Assembly: GCA_022820995.1 (NCBI GenBank)
Contig: JAJEEM010000044.1
Location: forward strand, 2,027-66,026
Direction: 5' to 3'
Length of the DNA: 64,000 nucleotides
Source of the DNA: Gemmatimonadota bacterium
GTDB lineage: Bacteria > Gemmatimonadota > Gemmatimonadetes > Palauibacterales > Palauibacteraceae
The translations under genes and the position numbers were made by a program. A model generated the notes under the pieces. That model was not told the origin of the DNA, made no database searches, and saw only the letters and a list, made by a program, of their open reading frames with translations. Shown one piece after another: positions 46,801 through 57,564 of this stretch; the first letter of the stretch is position 1; each line of letters opens with the position of its first letter.

Positions 46801-47213
46801 GGGAGGGCGCCGGGGTTGCCGTCTCGCATCGCGTCCAGATCCCCCTCCCAGCCCACACCCTGCATGGCGAGCGCCTCCTCCTTCGTCATCGGGACGAAGG
46901 CCTGGCGGGCCAGTGCCTCCGCCACGGCCGCGGACCAGTCGGCCAGGCCGTACCGCCGCCGCACCGCCTCCAGGTCGTGCTCCGGCAACCTCACTTCCAG
47001 GTCGACGAACCGCAGGCCGGCGGACTCGGTGGTCCCGTATGGCGGTCCCGTCTCTCGCACCGCACCGGTGCTTCCGCCCCGCAACTCGCGCGCGCGCGCG
47101 CCCCGCAGCGCCCGCCGGACCCACGCGGAGACGGTGACCCGGTTGCGCCGCGCGGCGTCGCGGATCTCATCCAACTCCGCCACCGGCATCACCACCTGCA
47201 GTCGCGTACTCAT
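46797..47213 (-). CDS. vapB: Antitoxin VapB (ribbon-helix-helix type)
   Basis: 138 aa with an N-terminal RHH-like [32 protein letters not shown]. Confidence 0.6.
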   Translation of the reverse strand: MSTRLQVVMPVAELDEIRDAARRNRVTVSAWVRRALRGARARELRGGSTGAVRETGPPYGTTESAGLRFVDLEVRLPEHDLEAVRRRYGLADWSAAVAEALARQAFVPMTKEEALAMQGVGWEGDLDAMRDGNPGALP

Positions 47214-47240
47214 GATATCAGTATGATATACTCAGCACGC
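47211..47240. promoter_or_regulatory. AT-rich direct repeat ATGATAT(C/A) x2 with an embedded GATATC palindrome immediately 5' of vapB
   Basis: Read directly from the sequence. It is probably the vapBC promoter/operator. Confidence 0.3.
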
Positions 47241-47284
47241 TCACGCCAGATGAAGCGACCCTCGAGCGTGGCGCCCGAAGATCC

Positions 47285-48283
47285 CTACGAAAAGGCGGCG
47301 TCGAAGGCGGTGGCGGAGGGGGGGAAGGTCATGGCCCGCAGCCGTTGGCAGGCTTCCCGGGCGCCGTGTTCGCGGTCCATGCCGCTGTCCTCCCACTCGA
47401 TGGAGAGGGGACCCGCGTAGCCCACGCGGTCCAGCGCGCGGAGGATCTCCTCGAACTTCACCCGCCCGCGCCCGATGGAACGGAAGTCCCACCCCCGCTC
47501 CGCATGCCCGAAGTCGAGGTGGCCTCCGAAGACGCCGGAGCGGCGCGGCGTGTCCGACCACCACACGTCCTTCATGTGGGCGTGGTGGATGCGGTCGGCG
47601 AACTCGAGGATGAAGCCGACGTAGTCGACGCCCTGGTAGGCGAGATGGCTGGGGTCGTAGTTGAAGCCGAACGCGGCGTGCCCCGCCACGGCCTCCACGG
47701 CCCGCGCCGCGCTGGCGGCGTCGAAGGCGATCTCCGTGGGGTGCACTTCGAGGGCGAACTTCACGTTCGCGGCGTCGAAAGCGTCGAGGATCGGGTTCCA
47801 GCGATCGGCGAAGTCGGCGAAGCCGGCTTCCACGAAGCCGGGCGGATGCGGGGGGAAGGCGTAGGCGGCGGCCCAGATCGAGCTGCCGGTGAAGCCGTTC
47901 ACGACCGGGACGCCGAGCGCAGCCGCCGCGGCAGCCGTCCGGCTCATTTCCGCCGCGGCCCGCCGCCGCACGCCCTCGGAGTCGCCGTCGCCCCACACGC
48001 GCTCCGGCAGGATGAGCTGGTGGCGGGCGTCGATCGGATCGCACACGGCCTGGCCGACGAGGTGGTTGGCGATCGCGTGCACTTCGAGGCCGTGGACCGC
48101 CAGCAGATCGCGCTGCCCGGCCGCGTAGCCGTCCTCCTCCGTCGCCCGCAGGACGTCGAAGTGGTCGCCCCAGCAGGCGAGCTCGAGCCCGTCGTAGCCC
48201 CACTCGGCCGCCTTGGCCGCGAGCGTCGCCAGCGGCATGTCCGCCCACTGCCCGGTGAACAGCGTGATCGGTCGTGCGCTCAT
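47285..48283 (-). CDS. Sugar phosphate isomerase/epimerase (xylose-isomerase-like TIM barrel)
   Basis: 333 aa from the ATG at 48283. It has the family pattern of Glu/His metal ligands (ALEVHP..., [15 protein letters not shown]). Confidence 0.7.
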   Translation of the reverse strand: MSARPITLFTGQWADMPLATLAAKAAEWGYDGLELACWGDHFDVLRATEEDGYAAGQRDLLAVHGLEVHAIANHLVGQAVCDPIDARHQLILPERVWGDGDSEGVRRRAAAEMSRTAAAAAALGVPVVNGFTGSSIWAAAYAFPPHPPGFVEAGFADFADRWNPILDAFDAANVKFALEVHPTEIAFDAASAARAVEAVAGHAAFGFNYDPSHLAYQGVDYVGFILEFADRIHHAHMKDVWWSDTPRRSGVFGGHLDFGHAERGWDFRSIGRGRVKFEEILRALDRVGYAGPLSIEWEDSGMDREHGAREACQRLRAMTFPPSATAFDAAFS

Positions 48284-49479
48284 CGCGTCGGCTCCCCCGG
48301 CTCGGCCGGCGGCTCTCCCGGCGGTTCGTAGCACGCGTCCACCCACGCGCCGCGCCGCCCGCTCTCCACCGCCCGTTCGAGGAAGTGCACCCCGCGGGCC
48401 CCGTCCCACACCGTGGGGAAGTCGAGGTCCGCCTCGTCCGGCGTCCGCCCTTCGTCGAGCGCGCCGATGGTCGAGATCACGTTCCGGTACAGGTTCGCGA
48501 ACCCCTCGATGAACCCCTCCGGATGACCCGGCGGGACCCGCGAGGCCCGGATCGCCTCGGGCGAGATCCAGCCGTGCCCCCGCCGCCGCGGCTGGATCTG
48601 CCCGTCCGGCGTCCGGTGCCACAGCGTCTCCGCGTCGTCGTGCCGCCAGGCGATCGAGCCCTCGCTCCCGTACACGCGGATCGCGAGCCCGTTCTCCTCG
48701 CCCGCCGCCACCTGCGACACCGTGAGCGTCCCCCGCACGCCGCCGTTCCACCGCATGAGCAGGCTCGCGTCATCTTCGAGACGCCGCCCCGGCACGAACG
48801 TCGTCAGCTCGCCGCACAGCGCCTCGACCTCCAGCCCGGTCACGTAGCGGGCCAGGTGGTGCGCATGCGTCCCGATGTCCCCCAGCGCCCCGGCGGCCCC
48901 CGCCCGCGCCGGATCCGTGCGCCACACCGCCTGCGGGTGCCCGGTCAACTCGAGCGGCGTCGCCAGCCACCCCTGGAAGTACTCGAGCTGGATGCGGCGG
49001 ATGGCCCCCACGCGTCCCTCGCGCACGATGGCGCGCGCGTCCTTGATCATCGGGTAGCCGCCGTAGTTGTGCGTGAGCGCGAACACCCGGTCCCCGGCCG
49101 CCACGAGCCGGCACAGCGCTTCGGCGTCCTCGACCGTCGTCGTCAGCGGCTTGTCGCACACGACGTGGAACCCCGCCTCGAGGAACGTCCGCGCCATGTC
49201 GAAGTGGAGATGGTTCGGCGTGACGATGATCACGAAGTCGAGCCGTCGATCCCGAGGCAGGGAAGCCTCGGCCTCCGCCATCTCCGCATAGTTTCCATAC
49301 ACGCGGTCCGGGTCGAGTCCGATCTCGGCCCCCTTGGTCGCGGACCGCTCCGGGTCCGAAGAGAAGGCGCCGGCCGCGATGCGCGCGAGGCCGTCGAGTT
49401 CCGCCGCCATCCGGTGCACGTCCCCGATGAAGGCCCCCGGTCCGCCCCCGACCATCCCGTAGCTGAGCCGGCGAGTCAT
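48280..49479 (-). CDS. Gfo/Idh/MocA-family NAD(P)-dependent oxidoreductase
   Basis: 399 aa with an N-terminal Rossmann motif [13 protein letters not shown] and the EKPL-like motif CDKPL. Its stop overlaps the downstream isomerase start. Confidence 0.75.
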   Translation of the reverse strand: MTRRLSYGMVGGGPGAFIGDVHRMAAELDGLARIAAGAFSSDPERSATKGAEIGLDPDRVYGNYAEMAEAEASLPRDRRLDFVIIVTPNHLHFDMARTFLEAGFHVVCDKPLTTTVEDAEALCRLVAAGDRVFALTHNYGGYPMIKDARAIVREGRVGAIRRIQLEYFQGWLATPLELTGHPQAVWRTDPARAGAAGALGDIGTHAHHLARYVTGLEVEALCGELTTFVPGRRLEDDASLLMRWNGGVRGTLTVSQVAAGEENGLAIRVYGSEGSIAWRHDDAETLWHRTPDGQIQPRRRGHGWISPEAIRASRVPPGHPEGFIEGFANLYRNVISTIGALDEGRTPDEADLDFPTVWDGARGVHFLERAVESGRRGAWVDACYEPPGEPPAEPGEPTR

Positions 49480-49486
49480 CCGTGCG

Positions 49487-50965
49487 TCATCCGTCGCCCG
49501 ACCCCGCTCCGATCCGGACCGCCCGGTATCCGCCCGCACGCCGGTCGCGCATACGGATGAGTCCGAAGATGAGGATGAGTACGGCCGTGATCGGAACGAG
49601 ACGCCGGAACGAGACCCGGCCCCCGTAGTTGTCCGCCGGCCCGAGGATCGCGCTCGCCCGCTCCACCAGCGCCTCATCGCCTCCGGAGTCGATGATCGCC
49701 CGCAGCGCGTTCGCCGTGACCGACGCAGGCAGCGCGCCATCCGGCCCCAAGCCGGCGAGCGCCTCCCCCACCGCCTCGCCCGCCGCCGCCAGATCCGGGG
49801 CGGCGATCTCGTCGGCCCCCGCGAACGCCATCGACGCGTCCTCGAGGAGCGCCGTCGTCTCAGCCACGGGGATCCGCTCGTGCCCCACCTCGTCGGCGAT
49901 CTTCCCCATCCACGGCGTCGTCCACAGTCCCACCACCGCCATCCCCGTCGCCCCCATCATCCCCAGTCCGAGCGCGCCGGATCGCGGCACCCGCTCCGAC
50001 ACGAAGCCGAGCATCGTCGGCCAGAAGTAGCACACGCCGACCGCGAACACGGTGGCGGAAGCGAATGCCATCGCCGTCGTTTCCGCGTAGCTGAGCCAGA
50101 GCAGCCCCAGGACGGAGACCGCGGCGCTCGTCGACAGCACCCCCGTTGGCGAAAGCGTCTCGACCACGGGCCCGGCCTTGTAGCGCAGGATCGCCATAAG
50201 GCCGTTGATCCACGCCAGCACGAGGATCCCCGGAATCCCGCCCGCTTCGAGCACCGCCGGCACCCAGCGGTTCGGCCCCAGTTCCGTCGACGCCGTGATC
50301 GCCATGCAGAACAGCATCAGGATCATCAGGGGCGTCGTGAACGTGGCCTGGAACATCGCGCCCATGCCCACCCCGGCCCGCACGCCCTCCGTCGGCGGGA
50401 ACTCCTCCCGCCACATCAGATGCCCGTAGATGAGGGTAGGGATGAGGATGAGAGCGATCTTCAGTTGCCACGCCGTGAGCCCGGCCGAGTCGAGCCCGAA
50501 AGCGAGCACGGAGCCGATCACGATTCCGCCCGGGAACCAGACGTGGAACTGGTTCAGCTTGACCGTCTTCCGGTCGGGATACAGCGCCGCCACCAGCGGG
50601 TTGCAGGCGGCCTCGACGAGTCCGTTCCCCAGCGCCAGCGTCAGCGCCCCGGCGAAGGCCTGCCACAAGCCGCCCGCCGTGATGAGTACGATCGCCCCTA
50701 CCAGGTGACACGCGAAAGCGAGCCGGAGCAGGAACCGCATGCCGAGCACGTCGCAGAAGGGAGCGAACAGCACCTGCGACACGGCGAACCCCCAGATCGC
50801 CGCCCCGCCGATCAGGCCCACCTCGTAGTTCGTGAGGGTGAACTCGCTCTTGAGCGTGAACATGACGATGCCGACCACCGCGAAGGTGACGGAAGTCGCG
50901 ATCAGCGACACGCAACTGCCCAGGAAGAGCCGCCTGGGGCGGACGGCGGAAGACGTCGTATTCAC
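49487..50965 (-). CDS. MFS-type transporter with a C-terminal soluble extension
   Basis: About 492 aa from a GTG. It has about 12 TM helices and then a roughly 130-aa Ala/Gly-rich tail. Confidence 0.55.
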   Translation of the reverse strand: MNTTSSAVRPRRLFLGSCVSLIATSVTFAVVGIVMFTLKSEFTLTNYEVGLIGGAAIWGFAVSQVLFAPFCDVLGMRFLLRLAFACHLVGAIVLITAGGLWQAFAGALTLALGNGLVEAACNPLVAALYPDRKTVKLNQFHVWFPGGIVIGSVLAFGLDSAGLTAWQLKIALILIPTLIYGHLMWREEFPPTEGVRAGVGMGAMFQATFTTPLMILMLFCMAITASTELGPNRWVPAVLEAGGIPGILVLAWINGLMAILRYKAGPVVETLSPTGVLSTSAAVSVLGLLWLSYAETTAMAFASATVFAVGVCYFWPTMLGFVSERVPRSGALGLGMMGATGMAVVGLWTTPWMGKIADEVGHERIPVAETTALLEDASMAFAGADEIAAPDLAAAGEAVGEALAGLGPDGALPASVTANALRAIIDSGGDEALVERASAILGPADNYGGRVSFRRLVPITAVLILIFGLIRMRDRRAGGYRAVRIGAGSGDG

Positions 50966-51118
50966 GCGGATCGCTCCTCGGATGGGGCGGACGGGGCCGG
51001 TCGGCACGCTAGCCCCGGCCCGTCCGAATCCGCAACGCCGCGGCGACGCTACCGGGCGGCGGATGCGACGGTCTATGTTCAGGCGACGCCAAGGCCGCTC
51101 CAGACCCGGGAGGATCCC

Positions 51119-53488
51119 GTGAAACGTCCGTCCATCTTCGGTGCGCCAACGAAGTTGGCATCCCTCGTTCCGGTCGCTCTCTTCGCGGTGGTCCCCTTCG
51201 CCGCACCGCCGGCCGCCGCCGCCCAGTCCCGGCCCTACCAGCCGGAATCCGTGAGCGCGAGCGAGTACGCGCGCGCCGAGCAGTTCCTGCCATGGCACGC
51301 GGAGAAGCTCACGTCGGGCGTCACGGTGGACCCCCGCTGGGTCGACGCGGACCGCTTCTGGTACCGCAACCAGGTGTTCGGCGGCCACGAGTTCATCATG
51401 ATCGACGCCGCGGCCCGCACCCGCCGGCCGGCCTTCGACCACGACCGGCTCGCCGCCGCCCTCTCCGAGGCCTCCGACGAGAGCCACGAGGCGACGGACC
51501 TCCCCTTCGACGAGTTCGAGTTCAACGCGTCCGGCGGGATCCGTTTCTGGACGGACACCCACGAGCGCTGGGACTGCGACATCGGCGCCTACCGCTGCAC
51601 CGGTCCGGACTCGGTCGCGCGGGCGACGCATGAAATCGATTCACCCGATGGCGCGCTCGCCGTCTTCTCGCGCGATGAGAACCTGTGGGTCCGCGACACG
51701 GGCTCCGACGAGGAGCGCCAACTCTCGACGGACGGCGAACTCCACTGGGGCTACGGGGTCGCGCCGGAGGGCTGCTGCCAGGAGATCTCCAACCGCCGCC
51801 GCGACTTCAAGCCGCCCCCGGTGGCCGAGTGGTCCCCGGACGGCCGCCGGATCGCGACGCACCGCTACGACGAGCGCGACGTCGAGGACCTGCACCTGCT
51901 CGAGGCCGCGACCGGACGCCCGATCCTCCACAGCTACCGCTACGCGCTCCCCGGCGACTCCATCGTCCCCACCTGGCAGCTCCAAATCTTCGACGCCGGG
52001 ACCGGCGCCCACGTGCGGGCCGACTACGACCCCGTCGTCGGGTACTTCGGAGGGGCGGACACGACCTGGCACGCCGCCCAGTGGACCCCGGACGGCGCCC
52101 GCGTCTACTTCTCGCACCATTCGCGCGACTTCAGGAACCAGACGCTCGTCGAGGTCGACGCCGCGACGGGCGCGTCGCGCAGGGTCATCGTCGAGAGCGG
52201 CGACACCTGGGTGGAGTTGAACCAGCTCCGCACGCCCTACAACTGGCGCGTGCTCGACAACGGGAGCGAGTTCATCTGGTTCTCCGAGCGCGAGGGCTGG
52301 GGCCACCTCTACCTGCACGACCTCGCCACCGGAGAGATGAAGAACCGCATCACGCAGGGGTCCTGGCTCGTCGTCCAGCTGCTCTCAATCGATGAGGCCG
52401 CACGGCAGGTCTACTTCACCGGCGTGGGGCGCGAGCTCGGCCGCGATCCGTACCGCCATCACCTCTACCGGGCCTCGCTCGACGGCGGCGGGGTGACGCT
52501 CCTCTCGCCGGAAGACGCACACCACGCGGTCTCCGCCTCACCCGACGGCCGCTACTTCGTGGACACGCACTCCACCCGCGGCACGGCTCCCGTCACCGTC
52601 CTCCGGGACCGGACGGGACGCCCCGTGATGACGGTCGAGCAGGGCGACATCTCCCCGCTCCTCGAGGCCGGCTGGGAGCCCCCGGTGCGCTTTTCCGCGA
52701 AGGCGCGCGACGGAGTGACGGACGTGTACGGCTATCTCTGGCTCCCCCCGAACATGGAGGAGGGGGCCGTCTATCCCGTCATCGACTACGTCTACCCCGG
52801 CCCGCAGATCGGCCCCATCCGCACGCCCGGCTTCACCTCCGGGCCGCGGGGTCAGGGCCACGCGCTCGCCCAGCTCGGTTTCATCACCTTCGCGGTCGAC
52901 GCCATGGGCACGCCGTACCGCTCCAAGGCCTTCCACGAGAGCTACTACGGGGACATGCGGGACAACGGGATCCCGGATCACGTCTCGGCGCTCAAGGCGC
53001 TCGCCCTCCGCTATCCCATCGACATCGAGCGGGTGGGAATCTTCGGCCACTCCGGGGGCGGCTTCTCCTCGACCGACGCCATCCTCACCTTCCCCGACTT
53101 CTTCAAGGTCGCGGTGTCGGGGGCGGGGAATCACGACCAGCGAGGGTACCACTTCCCGTGGGGGGAGAAATACCACGGGCTGCTCGAACGGAACCCGGAC
53201 GGGACGGACAGCTTCGACTCGCAGGCGAACCAGAACATCGCCTCGAACCTCAAGGGGAAGCTGTTGCTCCACTACGGGTCGCTGGACGACAACGTGCACC
53301 CGAACATGACGCTGCTCGTGGCCGACGCTCTCATCGAGGCGAACAAGACGTTCGACATGCTCGTGTTCCCGAACCGGAACCACGGCTACGCGCGCGAGCC
53401 GTACCTGATCCGGCGCACCTGGGACTACTTCATCGAGCACCTCATGGGCGCCGAACCGCCCGTCGACTACCGCATCGTCCAGCCGTAG
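51119..53488 (+). CDS. Secreted S9-family serine peptidase (DPP-IV / acylaminoacyl-peptidase-like, propeller + alpha/beta hydrolase)
   Basis: 789 aa from a GTG with a signal peptide. It has the GFSGGG-type nucleophile elbow GHSGGG plus a C-terminal D...H pattern. Confidence 0.8.
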   Translation: MKRPSIFGAPTKLASLVPVALFAVVPFAAPPAAAAQSRPYQPESVSASEYARAEQFLPWHAEKLTSGVTVDPRWVDADRFWYRNQVFGGHEFIMIDAAARTRRPAFDHDRLAAALSEASDESHEATDLPFDEFEFNASGGIRFWTDTHERWDCDIGAYRCTGPDSVARATHEIDSPDGALAVFSRDENLWVRDTGSDEERQLSTDGELHWGYGVAPEGCCQEISNRRRDFKPPPVAEWSPDGRRIATHRYDERDVEDLHLLEAATGRPILHSYRYALPGDSIVPTWQLQIFDAGTGAHVRADYDPVVGYFGGADTTWHAAQWTPDGARVYFSHHSRDFRNQTLVEVDAATGASRRVIVESGDTWVELNQLRTPYNWRVLDNGSEFIWFSEREGWGHLYLHDLATGEMKNRITQGSWLVVQLLSIDEAARQVYFTGVGRELGRDPYRHHLYRASLDGGGVTLLSPEDAHHAVSASPDGRYFVDTHSTRGTAPVTVLRDRTGRPVMTVEQGDISPLLEAGWEPPVRFSAKARDGVTDVYGYLWLPPNMEEGAVYPVIDYVYPGPQIGPIRTPGFTSGPRGQGHALAQLGFITFAVDAMGTPYRSKAFHESYYGDMRDNGIPDHVSALKALALRYPIDIERVGIFGHSGGGFSSTDAILTFPDFFKVAVSGAGNHDQRGYHFPWGEKYHGLLERNPDGTDSFDSQANQNIASNLKGKLLLHYGSLDDNVHPNMTLLVADALIEANKTFDMLVFPNRNHGYAREPYLIRRTWDYFIEHLMGAEPPVDYRIVQP

Positions 53489-53513
53489 CGAAGGGGAGCC
53501 GGGGACGCCGAAC

Positions 53514-53531
53514 ACGTTCCCGCGGGAACGT
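53514..53531. terminator. Perfect 18-bp palindrome ACGTTCCCGCGGGAACGT, 26 nt after the S9 peptidase stop, overlapping a second near-palindrome CGCGGGAACGTCCCGCG
   Basis: Read directly from the sequence. It has no U-tail, so it is a hairpin candidate only. Confidence 0.35.
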
Positions 53532-53547
53532 CCCGCGCCTCGGTGGC

Positions 53548-53603
53548 GGATTTGGTATACATTTTCCGCCACCGGGTGTCCGGTTTGGTATACATTTTCT
53601 GCC
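53548..53603. repeat. Two 24-25 bp direct repeats (GG(A)TTTGGTATACATTTTC(C/T)GCCAC) 8 bp apart
   Basis: Read directly from the sequence. They form an AT-rich core with a GTATAC palindrome and lie about 155 bp upstream of the beta-lactamase-family gene. Confidence 0.35.
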
Positions 53604-53759
53604 ACGGGCGACGCCGTTCGAGGTCCTGATCGGGCCGTCGCCCGCTTGTCACGCGCAATCGCTCGGACCACGTTCCAACAACTGCCGCGGCACTCGAGGC
53701 CGCCCTGCGAGACCGGGCACATGAGCACGACCGTACCTGGACGAACCGGAGGATCACCC

Positions 53760-55301
53760 ATGCGTTTCATCCGCGACCGGCTTTCCCTGACCCACCTCTG
53801 CTGTGCGCTTTCGCTCTCCCTGTTCGGCCTTATCGCCTGCGCGCCGGAGGACGGCGGCGAGGAGGGGATGGCGTCGACGCAGGAAGTACCGCCCGGTGAT
53901 GGGTCCACCGAAAGCCTGATCTCACGCGGAGAAGCGCTCGAGCTTCCGACGGCGTGGGACCCGCCCCCGGGCGAGCCCATCGTGCATCACACGGCGGGCT
54001 TCGCGAAGACGCTCTGCTCCGGGACCTTCATCACCGGCCTCGACTGGCGCGACGCGGCGGCGAACGTGGGCGGCTTCACCGCGCCCTTCCAGCACCGCGG
54101 CGCGGTCGTCGACACGGTCGTCGACATGGAGGCGCAGACGGTAAGCCTGACCCTCGGCTCGGGGATCACGCGCACGGCCAAGCTCTATGGCAGCCAGGGC
54201 TGCATCACGCACCCGCTGGGCCGGGATTCCATCTACTTCACCCCGACCGTCGTCGAGCCGAACACCCCGGATCCGGCCACCACGCCGTGGCCCATGGGGG
54301 ACGTGCTCCCGGACGAGCCGTACCCGACCGAGATCGACATGGACAAGGTCGGGCAGGCGGTCGAGATCGCGATGGACCAGGAAGGGATGACGCTCGGCTT
54401 CGTCGTCACCTACAACGGGCGGATCATCGGCGAGGACTACGGCCCCGGCGTCGGCATGCACACCCCGTTCGAGAGCTGGTCGAAGGGGAAGTCGCTCACC
54501 GGGACGCTCATGGCCGTCCTCATCCAGCAGGGCGTGTACGGCCTGTGGCAGCGCGCCCCGATCCCGGAATGGCAGGGCGATGACAGGAAGAACATCCGCA
54601 TCGCGGACATCATGCGCATGTCGAGCGGGATCCGGATCGTTGCGCCGCAGGACCCCGGGTACACGGAAGAGATGGGGTACCCCGACCACCTCTACCTCTA
54701 CACGGGCGAGAACGCCTTCGAGTGGGCGGCCACCCGCCCGCAGCAGTGGGAGCCGAACGCCGTGGGACGGTACCGGAACACCGATCCGGCGCTGACGAAC
54801 TACCTGACGCGCCTCGGCGTCGAGGGGCGCGGCGACGACTATCACGCCTTCCCGCAGCGGCACCTGTTCGACAAGCTCGGGATCCGGAACTTCATCATGG
54901 AGACGGACCCGAACGGGAACTTCCTCACCCAGGGTTACGAGTTCGGCTCCGCGCGCGACTGGGCGCGGCTCGGCAACCTCTACCTGCAGGACGGCGTGTG
55001 GGAGGGCGAGCGCATCCTCCCCGAGGGCTACGTCGACTACGCGATGGAGGTCGCCCCGGCCTGGATCGCCGACGGTCGTCCGGTCTACGGCGGCGGCTTC
55101 GTGTGGAAGGATCTCGGCTTCCCGATCGATGACGACTACGGCGCCTTCGCGGGCGCCGGCGGCCAGTACACGGTGTTCATTCCCGCGCGCGGCCTCGTCA
55201 TCACCCGCCTCGGCAAGTACACGGGCGCCGGCCCGGGAGGCGAGAACCTGCGCGCCGCGATCGCCCTGCTGATGGAGGCCGTCCCCCCGATCGGCGACTA
55301 G
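53760..55301 (+). CDS. Beta-lactamase-family serine hydrolase, lipoprotein
   Basis: 513 aa with a lipobox (LIACAP) and an S-x-x-K motif (FESWSKGKS). It has a class C / esterase-like layout. Confidence 0.65.
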   Translation: MRFIRDRLSLTHLCCALSLSLFGLIACAPEDGGEEGMASTQEVPPGDGSTESLISRGEALELPTAWDPPPGEPIVHHTAGFAKTLCSGTFITGLDWRDAAANVGGFTAPFQHRGAVVDTVVDMEAQTVSLTLGSGITRTAKLYGSQGCITHPLGRDSIYFTPTVVEPNTPDPATTPWPMGDVLPDEPYPTEIDMDKVGQAVEIAMDQEGMTLGFVVTYNGRIIGEDYGPGVGMHTPFESWSKGKSLTGTLMAVLIQQGVYGLWQRAPIPEWQGDDRKNIRIADIMRMSSGIRIVAPQDPGYTEEMGYPDHLYLYTGENAFEWAATRPQQWEPNAVGRYRNTDPALTNYLTRLGVEGRGDDYHAFPQRHLFDKLGIRNFIMETDPNGNFLTQGYEFGSARDWARLGNLYLQDGVWEGERILPEGYVDYAMEVAPAWIADGRPVYGGGFVWKDLGFPIDDDYGAFAGAGGQYTVFIPARGLVITRLGKYTGAGPGGENLRAAIALLMEAVPPIGD

Positions 55302-56188
55302 CCGGACGGCTCCCGGCGCGCGGCAGCGAGGCGTTCCGCGCGAGAAGGAAGGTCGGGAGCGTCGAGGATCGTCGCGACGAGGTCGAAGTCGTCGCGTGGC
55401 CCCGTCCACTCGAGGTCGTCCACGGTCGCTGAGACCGGGGCGTCGCGAACGAGCGTGGCGAGGCGGCGGAAGAGGAGCGCGTCGTCCAGCCCGTTGCGCA
55501 GCGTCTGGGCGAGGCGTTCGGGGCCGCGCACGGACACGTCCCAATCTCGTCCGTCCGAGGGGATATCCTCTATGCGGCCGTAGCGCGCGAGCACCGCGGC
55601 TGCCGTTTTCGCGCCGAAGCCGCGGATGCCGGGGAATCCATCCGCGGAGTCTCCCACCAGGGCCAGCCAGTCGGGGATCGCGGCGGGAGGGACCCCGAAC
55701 TTCTCGATGACGCCGGCCTCGTCGCGCAGGAGCCGCTGCCGGCGGTCGAACTGCACGATGCGGTCGCCCTCGACGCACTGGGCGAGATCCTTGTCCGGCG
55801 TGCAGAGGAAGACGCGCTCCACGCGCGGGTCCGCGGCGGCCATCGCGGCGCCGGAGGCCATCGCGTCGTCCGCCTCGTGCTCCACCATCGGCCACACGGT
55901 GAACCCCGCCGAGGCGAGCGCCTCATCCACCAGCGGGAACTGCGAGTAGAGCGCCGGATCGATGCCGGAGCCGTCCTTGTAGCCGGGCCACAGCTCGTTG
56001 CGGAAGGACTCGATGACGCGGTCGGTGGCGATGGCGACGTGCGTGGCGCCCCCCTCGAGGAGGCCGAGCATCGAATTCACGACCCCGCGCGCCGCCCCCA
56101 CCTCGTGGCCCCCCGCGTTCTTCGCCGGGGGCGCACCGTAGAAGTGCCGGAACAGCTCGTAGGTGCCGTCGATGAGGTGGACCTGCAC
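55298..56188 (-). CDS. 5'-3' exonuclease / flap endonuclease (Pol I N-terminal domain-like)
   Basis: 296 aa with PIN-like acidic motifs (ATDR..., EADD) and an H3TH region GIRGFGAKTAAAVL. Confidence 0.7.
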   Translation of the reverse strand: MQVHLIDGTYELFRHFYGAPPAKNAGGHEVGAARGVVNSMLGLLEGGATHVAIATDRVIESFRNELWPGYKDGSGIDPALYSQFPLVDEALASAGFTVWPMVEHEADDAMASGAAMAAADPRVERVFLCTPDKDLAQCVEGDRIVQFDRRQRLLRDEAGVIEKFGVPPAAIPDWLALVGDSADGFPGIRGFGAKTAAAVLARYGRIEDIPSDGRDWDVSVRGPERLAQTLRNGLDDALLFRRLATLVRDAPVSATVDDLEWTGPRDDFDLVATILDAPDLPSRAERLAAARREPSG

Positions 56189-56388
56189 GCGAACTCCGCC
56201 TTCCGCTTACGACCCGCCGTGACTCTCCGCCCCGTCCCGCTCCCGCCTCCGAAGCGTCGTGCGTCGGAGCGCGGCGTGCAACGGCCCGCTCTGGGACTGG
56301 TGCGGGGTTGGCGCCGGTGTACCTTTGGTGGCCTTCCGCCGGCCCCGCGGCCGGCTGTGGGTCCCGGTCCCGCTGTGAGGCGTTCGAC

Positions 56389-57564
56389 GTGAGCCAGCTC
56401 CAACCAGTTTCGACCCCCGATGGCGCCGCCGCGCCGGCCTTGACGCGCGAGGCGATCGCGACGGCCAAGCGGGTCGTCCTCAAGGTGGGGACGGGCGTCG
56501 TCACGCACGACGATGGAACGATCGCCCTCTCCCGGCTGTTCCGCGTCGTGGAGAGCGCGAGCCGTCTGCGGCGGGAGGGCCGGGAGGTCCTCATCGTGAC
56601 CTCGGGAGCGGTGGGCCTGGGGCGCGTCGCCCTCCAGCTCCCGGAGCCGCCCGAAACGGCCTCGCTGAAACAGACGTGCGCCGCGATCGGCCAGAGCCGG
56701 CTCATGGAACTCTACCAGCAAGGGTTCGCCCGGCTCGGCGTGACCTGCGCGCAGATCCTCATCACGTGGACGGACTTCGACGACCGGGTGCGCTACCTGA
56801 ACCTGCACGAGACGCTGCAGAGTCTCTTCCGGCTCGGCGTCGTCCCCGTCGTGAACGAGAACGATGCGATCTCGCTGAACGATCGCGTGTACCGGGGAAC
56901 GGGGAAGCGGCCGATCTTCGACGACAACGACCGGCTGGGGGCGCTCGTCGCGAGCGAACTGGCGGCGGATCTGATCGTGCTCCTCACGGACGTGCCGGGG
57001 GTGATGACGGCCGACCCCAGACGCGACCCGGACGCGAGGCTGGTCGGCCGGATCGACCGGCCCGATGAGCACGGGCTCGACGTGGACGGGCGCTCCGGAC
57101 CCGGCCGGGGCGGGATGGCGAGCAAGCTCGAGGCGGCCCGGGTCGCGTCGCGCGGGGGCTGCCACGTCGTCATCGCTTCAGGCGTCGAGCCGGGCGCGCT
57201 CGACCGCGTCCTCGCCGGCGAGGAGGAGGGGACGTGGGTCCCTCCGCGCGCCGCCCTCTCCTCGCGCAGCCGCTGGATCGCCTACTGTTCACACCCGCGC
57301 GGGACGCTGGTCCTGGCGGAGGGCGGGGAGGAACGTCTCCGGGGCGGCGAGTCGCTGCGGGCCGGGGACGTCGCGCGGGCGGACGGCGCGTTCCGGCGGG
57401 GCGACGTGGTCGAGGTGCGGGCGCTCGACGGATCGCTGGTCGGACGGGGCGTCGTCTCGCTCGACTCCCGGCTCGCCCTCCAGGCGGCCTCGCACCAGGC
57501 GGGGGCGAACGTCGAACTCGTGGGGCGGGAGCATCTCATCCTCAAGGAAACGAACGATGCCTGA
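56389..57564 (+). CDS. proB: Glutamate 5-kinase with a C-terminal PUA domain
   Basis: It has the kinase motifs KRVVLKVGTGVV and VPVVNENDAI. The GTG start at 56389 is tentative; an in-frame ATG at 56308 would add about 27 aa. Confidence 0.8.
   Translation: MSQLQPVSTPDGAAAPALTREAIATAKRVVLKVGTGVVTHDDGTIALSRLFRVVESASRLRREGREVLIVTSGAVGLGRVALQLPEPPETASLKQTCAAIGQSRLMELYQQGFARLGVTCAQILITWTDFDDRVRYLNLHETLQSLFRLGVVPVVNENDAISLNDRVYRGTGKRPIFDDNDRLGALVASELAADLIVLLTDVPGVMTADPRRDPDARLVGRIDRPDEHGLDVDGRSGPGRGGMASKLEAARVASRGGCHVVIASGVEPGALDRVLAGEEEGTWVPPRAALSSRSRWIAYCSHPRGTLVLAEGGEERLRGGESLRAGDVARADGAFRRGDVVEVRALDGSLVGRGVVSLDSRLALQAASHQAGANVELVGREHLILKETNDA

Noticed and set aside
53467-53757. 96-aa minus-strand ORF reading through the direct repeats
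   Set aside because: The repeated peptide (QKMYTKP / RKMYTKS) is a by-product of translating the DNA repeats. The ORF has no start context and is intergenic.
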